Positions 43,262-59,500 of a stretch of DNA of 64,000 bases are shown one piece after another. Made by a program: the position numbers and the translations under genes. The DNA comes from the human T2T-CHM13v2.0 reference genome, Homo sapiens, in NCBI RefSeq assembly GCF_009914755.1, contig NC_060927.1; one strand, written 5' to 3'. Every line of letters starts with the position of its first letter. Within the stretch, counting starts at the first letter, position 1. A model generated the notes under the pieces. That model saw only the letters and a list, made by a program, of their open reading frames with translations, ran no database searches and was not told the DNA's origin.

Positions 43262-43346
43262 CCTTTTCCTTCCTTCCTTCTTTCCTTCCTTCCTTCCTTC
43301 CTTTCCTTTCTTTTCTTTCCTTCCTTTCATTTTCTTTCTCTTTCTT

Positions 43347-43423
<77 letters not shown>

Positions 43424-43548
43424 TTCTTTCCTTTCAAGATGAGGTCTCACTATGTTGCTCACGCTGGTCTAGAACTCCTGGGCATAAGCAACCCTCCCAC
43501 CCTGGCCTCCCAAAGTGCTGTGATTACACACACGAGCCACTGTGCCTG
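43262..43548 (-). mobile_element. FLAM/Alu left monomer, antisense, with tail expanded into (TTCC)n(TTTC)n at 43262-43435
   Basis: Monomer at 43436-43548 preceded by a long pyrimidine tetranucleotide array. Confidence 0.85.
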
Positions 43549-44177
43549 ACCCCTTTTCACTTCTAAATATATGGGACTTGTATTTTTTTGTTATTATTCC
43601 TAATTTTATTTTATTAAAATATGAGTATTTGTCTAAACAGTATCCTTGTCATTGGCACAAGGTTCAAAATGCAACTTTAGTAAATACTGTCCATTTGCTC
43701 TTCCCCTTCCCTCCAAAAGAATTATTGGTTGCCTGAAATGAGAAAAGTGTTCCAAAATAGAATATGCATAATTGACTGAATAATCTGAGGTTTCATCCTT
43801 GACTCACCCTCCCTACATCTTTCCAGCAACTCTGTATACTAATGAAGAATATTAAAGCACACCTTCAGCTTGATTTGTAATTCAGTTCACCACCTCCAAA
43901 CAAATTACAGCCAATAAAAGTTTTCAAATTAGCATCTCCTCTCTGGCACTTGCAGGTATCAATGACACTTGTGTGCAGATGGAGGTTATGGAGATTTGTG
44001 ATTGTGCTGAAGAATATAGGCCCGGAATCAGTACTTATTATTGCTGGTGTTAAAATATGACGAGTAATATCCTGGTTAATTTATATATTCCCACTACTTG
44101 AAACACTGAGCTAAGCTGGAATCTGAAGACAAGGTCAGGAAAGTCACTCTAAAATGGAATCTAATGAAATTTAATAT

Positions 44178-44841
<664 letters not shown>

Positions 44842-45042
44842 TCAGAAGTAACGGCCCTAACTTATACAGACTTAAAAAAAAAGGTGCCAGTAGTAGTTAT
44901 TCATCGCTGCCTGTATTAGTCAGGGTTCACCCCACAAACAGAGCCAATAGCTTGTGTGTATTTATAGAGAGATTTATTTTAAGGAATTGGCTTATGAGGT
45001 TATAGAGGCTGCCCAATCTGAAATCTGCAGAATGGGCTAGTA

Positions 45043-45319
45043 CAGTGGTCCCCAACCTTTTTGGCACCAGGAACTGGTTTCATGGAACACAATTTTTCCA
45101 TGGATGGGGTGACGGGGATGATTCTCATAAGGAGCGCGCAACCTAGATCCCTCACAAGCGCAGTTCACATGCACTCCTATGAGAATCTGATGCCACCACT
45201 GACTTAATAGGAGGCAGAGCTCAGGCAGGAATGCTCTTGCTCACCTCCTGCTGTGTGGCTCAGTTTCTAACAGGCCACGGACGGGTACCGGTCCATGGCC
45301 AGGGGGTTGGAGACCTCTG
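45043..45319 (+). mobile_element. MER1B (hAT-Charlie) DNA transposon
   Basis: TIRs cagtggtccccaacc and ggttggagacctctg; internal attctcataaggagcgcgcaacctagatccc. Confidence 0.85.
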
Positions 45320-45613
45320 GCTAGGAAATCCGGAGAGTGGAGAGCATGCGTGCTGCAGCTCAAGTCTGAAGGCCATCTGCCAGCAGAATTCCTTTTTGCA
45401 CAGGGAAGGCCAGACTTTGCTCTATTCCAGCTTTCAACTGATTGGATGAGACCCACCCACATTACGGAGGGCAGTCTGCTTGACTACAAGCAGATGAGTA
45501 ATGTTACATGTTAATGTCACCAAAAACACCCTCACAGAAACATCCAGTATAATGTTTAACCAAATATCTGGGCACCATGGTCCAGCCATGTTTTTGTTTT
45601 ATTTTGTTTTGCT

Positions 45614-45983
45614 TATTTATTTTATTTTAAATTTTTGTGGGTACATAGTAAGTATATATATTTATGGGGTGCATAAGATGTTTTGATACAAGCATGCCAT
45701 GTGAAATAAGCACATCATAAAGAATGGGGTACCCATCCTCTCAAGCATATATCTTTTGAGTTACAAACAATCCAATTACACTGTTTACTGTAAAATATAC
45801 AACTAAGTTATTATTGACCCGTTGTGCTATCAAATAGTAGGTCTTATTCATTCTTTCTATTTTTTTGTACCCATTAATCATCTCCACATTCCCCTCAGCC
45901 CTCTACTACCCTTCCCAGCCTCTGGTAACCATCCTTCTACTCTCTATATCCATGAGTTCAATCATTTTGATTTTGAGATCCCA
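45614..45983 (-). mobile_element. L1MA (MA1/MA2-like) 3' fragment
   Basis: tttgtgggtacatagtaagtatatatatttatgggg 3' end; flanked by tgttttgctt on both sides. Confidence 0.75.
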
Positions 45984-46258
45984 CTGTTTTGCTTTTTTAG
46001 AGACCAGTTCTGGCTTTGTCACCTAGGGTGGAGTACAGTGGTGCAATCAGCTTACTGCAGCCTTGAATTCCTGGGCCCAAGTGACCCTCCTGCCTCTCAG
46101 CCTCCCGAGTAGCTAGATGGCTATTTTTTTTTAAGTTTTTTTTTGTAGAGACAGGGGTCCCCTTATGTTGCCCAGGCTCATCTCTTCCTGGACTCAAGTG
46201 ATCCTCCCATCTCAGCCTCTCAAAATGCTGGGATTATAGGTGTAAGCCTCTGTGCCCA
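45984..46258 (-). mobile_element. AluJ, antisense
   Basis: Diverged reverse Alu dimer. Confidence 0.85.
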
Positions 46259-46489
46259 GTGGCCCATCCACGCTGATACAAAAATTGACCATCACTGCTC
46301 AATGGGGTAAGGGCTGTGGTGAGTTGCTGTTAGCATTTAGTCCCTATAAGACAGAGTACCTGAGAGGAAGAGGAAGACTTTGATTCCCAGCTGTGAGGCT
46401 TCCTAGTTTTGTGACCTTGGGCAGTTTTGTTAACTTCTTGTAGCCTCAGATTCTTCTACAATAAAATAATAGGGTTTTTTAATTATTAT

Positions 46490-46783
46490 GTTTTTACAGA
46501 CAGGGGCTCACTCTATCACTGAGGCTGGAGTGCAGTGGCGTGATCGTAGCTCACTGTAGTCTTGACTTACTGGCCTCGGGTGATCCTCCCACCTCAGCCT
46601 CCTGGGTAGCTGAGACCACAGGCACACACTACCATGCCTGGCTAATTTTTGTGTTTTGTATTTTTTTGCAAAGACGGGGTCTCGCCATCTTGCTTAAGCT
46701 GGTCTCAAACTCTTGGGCTCAAGCGATCTGCCTGCCTCGGCCTCCCAGAGTCCTGGGATTATGGGAGTGAGCCACCATGCCTG
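46490..46783 (-). mobile_element. AluJ, antisense, inserted in a MIR (about 46350-46860)
   Basis: Reverse Alu; MIR core gtgaccttgggcag...cctcagattcttctacaataaaataat on the left. Confidence 0.85.
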
Positions 46784-47236
46784 ATGAGTTGTGAGATTTA
46801 AATGATATAACCCATATTCAACATCTAAGGGTCTCTCTGTAGATATTCAGTAATTGTTCGTTTCTCTCTGCTTCCTTAGGAAGCAGTATTCTCCAGCTGC
46901 TGCCTCAGTCTGAACCAAACTTGTGAGATGATCCAACATCCTGGGTTCTGACAACTCTTCTCACAAAGTGACATTTGGATTACTCATTACATTTTCCATG
47001 TGTGTCAGCATAATTTTCCTTGGAAAGGAGCATCCCATTGTTCATGAATACAATGGCATTCTTATTCATAAATCAGAAATTTATGAATTTCTGGGTCAGA
47101 AATTGTTGGTAAGAAAAGCAATCCACTCTAAGAAACTCAAATGAAAAGAGGGTTTATTATCAACACTGGGGGGAATCTTGCAGAGAGTTAATTATAGGAA
47201 ATAGCCTGTCTTCACTGGAAACCGTAAAATGAGATA

Positions 47237-47283
47237 CCTCTCTCTGTCTCTCTCTCTCTGTCTCTCTCTCTCTCTCTCTCTCA
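47237..47283. repeat. (CT)n microsatellite
   Basis: Directly visible. Confidence 0.9.
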
Positions 47284-49517
47284 CCAGAGACATATAATTT
47301 TATTCATTTCTCTTTGGCTTCCTTTGCTATGTTCTAAATGTCCACTCCCCTGTAATTTGGGCCACAAATGGCACTTCACGGGCTCTCCGGCCAGCTCTCC
47401 ACATGACCTTGCAGCTCCATGCCCATACCATCTGACTCACTCATTCTCTGTGTTTCTTAAAACTCATGAGAGAATCTAATTGGTTGCTGGCTGACTCCTT
47501 TGCTCACATGTTCCAATCCACTGTGGCTAAGTGGAAATGAGTTGGCTCGTAATTAATAGATGGATCCTTTCAGGAATGTGAACCAAAAATTTAAACCCAA
47601 GGGTTAATTGGTTGTGGTGGTGAAGTAACCTGCAGCTTCGTTTCTAGTAGGGTTGCTTGGCTGGGTCAGTCAACGCACCTCCAAGAGCTGTGCCTGCCCT
47701 GTGCTCCTGCATCCCCAGCCCACGGATTGCCCTGATCTCCCAGCAAGCGTCCAGACGCACACAGGTTGGTCTCCCACAGTAAGAGGAGGCAAGGCTCTCA
47801 GAGGCCTTTCTGCTGCTTTAGTTCCTCAGGACTCCTGGTTGCCATTTGGCTGGCCTCTGGGGAACCCTGACCACTCCACGATGTGACTTCCAGCCTACTG
47901 CTGTGATGGTTGGAGTGGACCAGACATCTGCTGTGGCATGCTCTTTGTATTTCCCATCTCCCCACCTCTGTGGCTTACCTGGCCTCTGACTCCTCACCCC
48001 TCCACAGTCCTGGGGATTTTGTCTGTACACACATTTTCCCCAGCAGCCAGCTAGGTCCCTCAGAGGATGCCCCTAGCCCAGTGCTTTACCCCATTCCTGG
48101 ATGGAGCAGCTCAGAACATTGGCTTTCTGAATTTGCAAAGCCAAGAGACAGACTTGACCTGGGCTGGATCTCTAAGACATATGAGGTGCCCCAAGGGCAC
48201 CTCACACTGCCTTCTCCATCCCGGAACCCCCAAATGGAAGTGGCAGCAAAGCATCTTGGAGAACAGAGCCTGCATGTGAGCTGGCAGGTCTTGATGGGAA
48301 TCTTGGCTCTTACTTTGACTCGCTGTGGGAAATTGCGCAAGTTTTTTGGGGCTTAGTCCTGTAAAATAAATTTTAAAAAAATACTGAAACATAAGGCTGC
48401 TAGGAAAATTCAATGAGTACAAAGTAATTAGCACATAATAAACAAACAGGAGCAGTTATTTTAAAATCATTTTTGTCAGTATTAATAACATCTCGTCGTC
48501 CCCGGAAAATAGTGAAAGAGAAGGTATTGCTGTACCACACTGCCAACTCCTCATTTCTGAGAAATAGGCTTTTCTCTCCACTCCATCTATCCTACAAGGT
48601 CACTGCCGTATGGAGGCGGTGAAGAAGTGACTGATATATTTATAGCAGTTAGGGAAACCATATTTTGGATCTGGAGAACATCCCCCACTTAAAACCCTCT
48701 CCCGTAATAAAAGTTTAAAGTCCTTTCCTTGCAGCTTACCTTATTTTTTTTTTCTTAAACTACAGCAGCAATGTCACATTGAGGTTTCTTTCTCTGTGCA
48801 AACACCACTGTACTAAAACTTATTTCTTACTAAATTTTGGTTGGAGGAAAATTATTCCTAAGTCATTTTTCCTATGACCAAGAAGTATACAGTAATTAAA
48901 ACCTTATTTGTAAACACGAACAAGAAATAATTTATAGCCTAGGTGCAATCATTTCACTCTTTCATGAACTTACATATTTATGTGTTTGAATAAAACCTAT
49001 GAATACTAACTGGCTCTTTATTTCAGTAAATGAGACTGTGGTGAGGAGTGAATTGAAGGAGGAAAGTGTGGGGCACGTAATTGAAAAATAAGATAGAGCA
49101 ATGGATTTTGGATGCATGTCTGCTAGTGAATCATTCTGTGACTCTAAGTACAACACTTCGTGCTCTGATTCCCCATCTGGAAAATTATGATAATATAACT
49201 ATCTGCAAAGTATGACATGAGATTCTATTTTCTAAAAAGAGGAGAACATCAACTTTTTGGAATTTTGGATCCAAATAAGCAAACATTCAAAACAAGAGTC
49301 TAAGAAATGAGAATCCTTGTTTCAGGTGAAGACTGAAACATTTTATCCTTAGTTAACAGAATTTGTAATATTTTAGGAAGCCACTTTAAATCTAAGGTTC
49401 TATCAAATTAATAATAGTATTCATATATTGTTTAGGCAAAGGGACAGATTAATAGGTAATTTACAAAAGATTCCACACATTTGGCCAAGAAACAAATAAA
49501 AAATACCAACTTCATTA

Positions 49518-49871
<354 letters not shown>

Positions 49872-50424
49872 CTAGTTTTGGTGTGGGTATGAGGAAACAA
49901 GCACATTATTGGTGAGAGTACAAGTTAATATAGTATAGGATTTTGGGGAGAAAAATTTTAAACCTGCATGCCCTTTGACCAAGAAATCCCACTCCAAATA
50001 ATCTGTTCTACCTAAACACACTATGTAAAGATGCACATATGACGGTGTTGGTGACAGTGCTGTTTGTAACGGCATGAAAAGGACACCTAAACATCTGCTA
50101 ATAGAAAATGATTCAATAACTTATAGTACATCCTCATTACAACCTGCCATTGTTAAAAAGAATGAAGTAAGCCCATGTATTCTGATGGATAGAAAGGGGG
50201 GACTCTCCATAAAATTTTGTTAAGTCATTAAAAACAAGTTATAGAACAATATGTAGAATGTGATCTCATTTTTTGAAAAAGCTGTGAATGAAAAAATATT
50301 CACTAACTGAGTAAGAGAAAGATTGCATAAAAGTTGAGGTGACTTTTCATTTTTTACTTTATATACTTCCACATTATAATTTTTATGGCAAGTATAAGTG
50401 ATTTTTGTTGTTAAACTCATTTAA

Positions 50425-50766
<342 letters not shown>

Positions 50767-50885
50767 TCATTCTCAGCCCATGCCCCACACTGCATCAGGC
50801 GAACCTGATGCAACCTTCTGGGTTTCTCTTCTTGTTCTGGGAGGTGTTTTCCTATGAACAACGTTTCCCTCTAATTATGAAAGAA

Positions 50886-51175
<290 letters not shown>

Positions 51176-51586
51176 AAGAATATCCATTTATTATTGAAAA
51201 TGTGTAAAATACAGAAAAGTAAAAAAAAAAGAAAAAGAAAAAGAAAAAAACACACATCTTACCCTGAGATAAACTGTACATATATTTTGCTGTATTGTCT
51301 TCCAGTCTTTTTTCCATATATTTGAAAAGATTAAAAATCTATAGCATTATTTACTGATTTTCCACTTAGCATTTTATTATGTGCATTTTCCTATTATTAC
51401 CAGTTTTGGCAATTTTCATACTTATGAAATATACCATATTATGATGTCCCATCCATTATTTAATATTGAACATTTTGGTGGTTTCTAACTTTTCACTATT
51501 ATAAACTATGTATATATGTATATATGTAGATAGATATTTCATGGCATCTCTGATTATTTCATCAGAATACATTTATAGAAAAGAAG

Positions 51587-51822
51587 GGCAGGAGTTCGAG
51601 ACCAGCCTGGGCAACATGGTGAAATCCCTTGTCTACTAAAAATACAAAAAATTAGTCGAGCGTTGTGGCACACACTTGTAATGCAAGCCACTTGGGAGGC
51701 TGAGGCATGAGAATCACTTGAACCCAGGAGGTGGAGGTTGCAGTGAGCAGAGATCACACCACTGCTCTCTAGCCTGGGCGACACAGCAAGACTCTCTCTC
51801 AAAAACAAAAGAAAAGAAAAGA
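51587..51822 (+). mobile_element. AluS, 5'-truncated
   Basis: Starts at caggagttcgagacc; (GAAAA)n tail. Confidence 0.88.
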
Positions 51823-51846
51823 AGGAGACATGTACAATTGCCATGA

Positions 51847-51936
<90 letters not shown>

Positions 51937-52083
51937 GAGACAGGGTCTCACTCTGTCACCCAGGCTGGAATGCAGCGGCGCAATCATAGCTCACCGCAGC
52001 CTTAAACTCCTGGGCTCAAGCAATCCTCCTGCCTTGGCCTCCCACATTGCTGAGATTACAGGTGTGAGCCACTGTGCTAGCCT
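51847..52083 (-). mobile_element. Monomer-length AluJ-type element, antisense, with (GT)n(AT)n(T)n tail
   Basis: Body at 51936-52083; catgaatat on both flanks. Confidence 0.85.
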
Positions 52084-53951
52084 GACATGAATATTTTAAA
52101 GACTCTCAATACACATTGTTAAATTATCTCCTAGAATGGCTGAATTAATTTGTACTTGTACCAGAAAAGGATTAGACTGAATGAAGCTTTGGCTATCCTA
52201 CTCTTACTAATGGTTTTATTTTTAATTTGATAAATAATGAAAGGAAACTTTGGCCTATTTCACAGGTAAAAATGAAAAGTTTTTAAACATATTTATTTGA
52301 TTTTTAGTGTAGTCAAAAAAATTTAAATATATTTTATTCATTTGTAGTTTTAAAAAGAACATTTACTTCCATAGTCGAAAAGCATTATCACAGTTAACAA
52401 AAAAAACCAATTTCTTAATATTACCTAGTATCTATTTCACAGTTAAATTGCATCAGTTGTCTCAAAAATGTCTTTTCTGGTTTGTTCAAAACAAAAGCCA
52501 ACCCAAGACCGTGCATTGCACCTGGTTGTTATGTCTCTTGAGATTCTTTTAATCTATGGTTTCTTTCTGTTTTTTTTTTTTTTTTCTCTCTCCATACACT
52601 GACTTATTGAAGTTGCCTGTAGAATGTTTTATTTTTCAGGATTTTTCTGGTTGCTTGCTTGTAGTACTGTTCAACTTTGTCCTATATTCCCTGTAACGTT
52701 TGTAAACAGGGAGCTAGCTGTGAAAATGTGATAGACTAAAGTTAAACATTTTTGGGAAAAATACATCATAGGTGATGTGGTATGCTCATTATTGGGTCAC
52801 ATCAGGAGACTGACCCATGATATCTTGTTGGTCAACGATGAGGGCCACTAAGATTGACTCCTGAATTATGGTAGTGGCAATCTGCTTCCTTCGTGCAGGT
52901 GGGTTTTCTCCTTTGAATCAGAGAGTAATTTCTGTGATATACTTTGGCAGTATAAGAATGTCCTCTGTCCATCTACTATTCATCTAATGACTTTACCACC
53001 AATACTTAACGTCTAAATCACTGTTTTCATTTGGGGTTGAAAATGATTATTTTCTAATTCTATCATTCCTTCTATTATATTTATTTCCCATTATTCCTTT
53101 AAGTAGAGCTTTCCTTTCTCAACTGGAACTACTTGCTTACTCCAAAATGAAATACAACTTCCATTAATACTAGAAAGGCAGAATATTTCATTTTTTCCCC
53201 TTTAATTATCATTTAAATGTTTGTTGACCAGTTATAGTTCTTTTGCAAATTGTTTTCTCAGGCTTGTTGCCTATTTGCAATGGGAGTGTTCCTCATTTTC
53301 TTATTATATGTGGGCATTCTTTGTCATATATGGCATATATTTCTCTCTATTTGTGGTTGGAATTTTAATTTCATTCATTTTTTTATGTATAGATGTTTTA
53401 TACTTGTCAATCTGGTCTACTATCTTTTTATTTGTGGTTTCTTCATTGCTTTCATGCTTAGAAACTCTTCTTTATCCCAAAGCCAAATCCATCTTTATTT
53501 TCTTATAGCTGTCTTATAACTGTTTTATGGTTAATTTTTTAACAATTATAGAATATGCTTATTTTAGAAATACCAATCCAGTCTTCTTATTCCTCTGCTG
53601 AAAATCCACTGGTGTCTTCCCATTGCATGGAGGAGAAAAGTCAAATTTGGCAGTTTAGCATATCAGCTCTTTGGAGCCTGGCCTTTGTTTTGGCTTCATT
53701 TCCTATCTACATTTCTAGCAATAGCAGGCCACTTGCAGTTCCCTAAATAGTTAGTGCTGTGCTTTACAACTATGGATTCTCTTCTCCATGACCTGCCACA
53801 GTCTGCCTGATAAGTGATTATTGTTCCTATAATTCTCAAATATCACCTCTTCTTGTAAAAAGTGTTCCATGTTTCTCTCTATCTCCGTCCCTTTGAAATC
53901 CTCCCAGAGACATTTGGTCAGGTTTTATTGGCATTTATCTCGTTTGGCTGC

Positions 53952-54316
53952 TGTCTTAGTCTATTTGTACAGCTATTGCAAAATATCTTAGACTGGGTAA
54001 TTTTATAACAACAGAAACTTGGTTCTCACAGTTCTGGAAACTGGGAAGTCCAAGATCAAGGCACCAGCAGGTTTGGTATTTGGGGAGGGCCTGATCTCTG
54101 CTTCCAAGACGGCACCGTGTTGCTGCATCGTCTAGAGGGGACAAATGCTGTGTCTCACATGGTGGAAGAGTGGAGGAGCATAAACCCACTCCCTCAATCC
54201 CTTTTATGAGGGCCTTCACGATTTGATTACTCCTAAAGGCCCCACCTCTTAATGCTATTACATTGGCAATTGAGTTTCAACATATGAATTTTGGAGGATA
54301 CATTCAGACCATAGCA
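53952..54316 (-). mobile_element. MST/MLT1A-type MaLR solo LTR
   Basis: tgtcttagtc...ctcacagttctggaaactgggaagtccaagatcaaggcaccagcag...caacatatgaattttggagg...accatagca. Confidence 0.85.
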
Positions 54317-55091
54317 GTTGTCATTGTCTTTATACATGTTTCTCTCCCCATCCTGTGAGTGCCTTAAAGGAGGGACCATATCATATTTATCGCTGTCACT
54401 GCCCAGCACAGAGAGGATGCACAATGTTTGTTGAATATGTGAAGCATTAATTAAAACACAACATTGAATAATAAACCATTTATACCACAGTGGGAATGTT
54501 ATTTCAGAATTTCCAAGATACAGATAAGAAACTTTTCTTTCTGTTTTTTAGAAATATTGCTGTCAAAGATGGTGCTAACCTGAAAGAAAAATAACATAAT
54601 ATAAATATGACACCTTTGTGTTTAGGACAGCTCTAGACATACAGTGTTAGAGACAAGGAAACGATGTGATGGTGGCAAAACTATTGATGCAAATGCAGCG
54701 TTGAGACATCCCTGCTTCCATCCCAGCCCCAGCCTCTCCAGCCCCTCCTGCTGGCAACTCTTTTCCCCTGGTTCTGTAGCGCTCTGTTCCAAGACTCAGA
54801 CATAATCCTACCCAAATACACATCTGCACCTCCCCCCGCCCCGCCCCGCCGCCCCAGCAACTCCACCTGGAGCCTGGCGGTGGAGTTGGGGGCTCCCTCA
54901 GACTGACTGCACAAAGGTGACTTCATAGTCTTAACCATTTATCTCCCGTCACAGATTAAAAGCCCAGGCCTTCCAGAGAGCTGGCTCACATACCAATAGA
55001 GAAATCCGAAAGTGCAAAAAAAAAAACACGGGATGGGGGGAGTGCTACAAATAATCTTGATTATATATTATGAAAAAGTAACGGTATAAAA

Positions 55092-55250
55092 CAGTGCTGT
55101 CCCATAAAAATAGAATGTAAGCTACATATGTGATTTTTTTCCAGTAGCCACCTTAAAAAAGTAAAAGGAAACAGATAACATTGACCATAATATATTTTAA
55201 ACTACATATCAAGATATTATCATTTCAACACATATAATCAATATTTTTAA
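55092..55250. mobile_element. MER3/MER33-like hAT-Charlie fragment
   Basis: cagtgctgtcccataaaaatagaatgtaagctacatatg...ccagtagccaccttaaaaaagtaaaa. Confidence 0.6.
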
Positions 55251-55648
55251 AGTTCTACATTGCTTCAATTTTAAAACTTAATCTTAACTAAAATAAAATT
55301 AAAATGATCAAAATTAATAAATTTAGTATTGATACAGTACTACTATCTAATTTACTGTCCATATTCAAATATCATCAGTTGTCCAAATAGTGTTCTTTAT
55401 GGCTATTTCTTCCTCTAGTCTAGGGTCTAATTCAGGATCCTACACTGCATTTAGTTTTCGTGTCTCTTTAGTCTCCTTTAATCTGGAAAATATCCTCAGT
55501 CTTTATCTTTTTAACATTGACATTTTTGAAGGGTATGGGGCCATTTGTTATGAAAAATGTCTTTCAATTAGGGTTACTTTAATGTTTCCATGTGATTATT
55601 TTCTGGTTTCGCATTTTTGGTGGGAATCCTACGGAAACAATGTATGTC

Positions 55649-55880
55649 TGTGGCAGACACAGAAATTCCCTGTCTGGGTCCTCCTTCAAGGGAGGACTTG
55701 CCACCCAGCTGCAGGGAGAGTCAGCAGGTAGCCTCCAGCTGATAGCTTTTTGTATGTGCTTCACCTTTGGAGAGCTACCTTGTTTGATATCATGCCCATC
55801 TTGGGGGAATCCACATCTGGTGACTTTATGAAGCAAGGATATAAAAGCCTGACCATTCTGATCCGACATAAGACCAAAGG
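55649..55880 (+). mobile_element. ERVL LTR16-like fragment
   Basis: tgtggcagacac start, cagctgcaggga, and TATA-like ggatataaaagcc. Confidence 0.45.
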
Positions 55881-55919
55881 TATCAGACATTTAAGATATA
55901 TGGAGAAAAGAGTAGGTAG

Positions 55920-56249
<330 letters not shown>

Positions 56250-56551
56250 TAATATGTATCTTTAACTTATCACGTTCTACCTTCAAATACAGTTACACCA
56301 CTTCATGCATGGTGTTAAAAACCTTCTAACAGTATATATTCATTCCCCTTTCCCTTACAATATCATTAACATATGTTTTACTTCTTCATTTGTTGTAAAC
56401 ATTTTTATTTTTGTTACACTTTTGCTTTAAGTGATTAAAGCAAAAGTGGTAACAAAAACAATTTGTTACCACTTTTGCTTTACGTGGTTAATTATATACA
56501 TTTTCAAAAGAGGAAAAGTTTTATATTAATTCATATATTCACATTTTCTGA

Positions 56552-56862
<311 letters not shown>

Positions 56863-56991
56863 GAATTTGGGTTTTTATCTGGAATCATTTTCATTCAATC
56901 TGAAGAACTTTCTTCAACATTTATTATAATTCAGGTATGCTAGCAACAAATTCTCTCATCTTTTGTTTATCTACAAATATCATTATTTCAC

Positions 56992-57437
<446 letters not shown>

Positions 57438-57599
57438 TGAAGTGTGAAGTCAGTCGTACCTCTTATCTTTGTTCTATATACACAAGGTGGATTCAATGTT
57501 TCTCTGGTTGCTTCTAATATTTTCTTTTGATCATTGGTTTTCAGTAGTTTGAGTGTAACATGCCTTGGTGTAGCTTTTTTTGGTGTTTATGCTGTTTGC

Positions 57600-58089
<490 letters not shown>

Positions 58090-59500
58090 TAGTTTATTTT
58101 CTTGAATCTATGGGTTTATATTTTTTATCAAATTTTGGAAAATTTTGGCCATTATTACTTCAAATATTTTGTATCACCTCTCCTTTCTGAGTCTCTGATT
58201 ATACATGTTAGATAACTTTGTATTAACCATAGGTCACCAAGGCTGTGTTCATTTTATTTTAAACTTTTTTTCGCTCTGCACTTTAATGTAGATAATTATT
58301 TTTCACTGTTACTTTGTTTACTGATCTTTTCTTCAGCAGTGTATAATCTGCTGTTAAGCCCATAGAGCAAAATTACCAATTCAGATATTGTAGTTTTCTG
58401 CTCTAGAAGCTTGATTTGGTTCTTTTTATGGTTTTCATTTATCACATTATTTATGTTTCTTTAAATTCTTGGCCATATTTATAATAGCTTCTTTAAAGTT
58501 CTTATCTTACCTGCTTGTAACCCCAGTGCGCTGATGCCCTCTAAAACTTGAAAAAAAAAAAAAAAAAATTAAAGAAGAAAAGTGAAGTTCTTATCTGCTT
58601 TGAAAACTAATTTCATCATCCTTGTCATTTCTGGGTCTGTTTCTATTGACTGATTCTTCTCCCATTTGTGACTCATGTTTCAATGCTTCTTCACATGTGT
58701 AGTAATTTTTTATTGGATACTAGGCATTGCATATATTACATGGTTAAGTACCTGAATTTTGTTGTCTTTCTTTAAAGACTGTTAAGTTTCATTCAAGAAA
58801 GCAGTTAATTTACTTGCAAATCAGTTTTTTCAGCTTTGTTCGAGTGGGTTTAGAATAGTCTTTACTATTGGGCTAATTTAGCTTTAAAGTGTGGCCTTTT
58901 TAGTGTCTCTTTACCAAATGCTTCAGGTTTTAATAAGATTTAATAAGATTTCCCATTCTAATCAGTCAGAGCCTAAATGTTTCCAAACTCTATTCAAGTT
59001 CTTGTAGCTGTTCAGCTTAAATTTCCCCAGTAATTGTTATTTACCAGCCTCATACAATCTATCCTTAAAGTTATACCAAAGATTCACAGGAATCCTTATG
59101 TATATTTCTGGAGCTCTTTCTCTGGCACCCTGCCCCACAAATATCATTTGTCTCAATCTCTATTAATTCCAATTTCTGTGTCCTCAACAAACCCTGCTTG
59201 GCTTTCTTCTATCCTGTGCTTACCTCCAGAAAGAAATCTGTGGATATTCTGGGGACTCATCTTGTTTGTTTTCCTTCCTTCCAAGATCACAACTTTACTA
59301 TGCCAGTTGTCCAATGCCTGGAAACACTTGTTTCATAGATTTGGTCCAGTTTTCCGTTACTTGTAGTGGAAGGTTTAGTCTGGTATCACTTATTTATTCA
59401 TGGCTGGATTGCTCTTAACATTTGGAAAAACATAAACTTTCTATTCAATAGTAAAATACATACTGGAAAATTTCATAAATATAGCATACAGCTTGATGAA

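Larger units (their letters stand above)
44912..46297 (-). mobile_element. MLT2 (ERVL) LTR split by MER1B, AluJ and L1MA insertions
   Basis: tgtattagtcagggtt start; aaacaccctcacagaaacatccagtataatgtttaaccaaatatctgggcacc; terminal aaaattgaccatcac at about 46281-46296. Confidence 0.75.

Noticed and set aside
43142-43549. 135-aa F/L/S-rich, membrane-like ORF
   Set aside because: Translation of the (TTTC)n array and a FLAM.
56435-56482. MADE1/mariner MITE as the explanation of the palindrome
   Set aside because: It shares only GCAAAAGT with the MADE1 TIR as I recall it, lacks the TTAGGTTGGT terminus, and a third copy is present.
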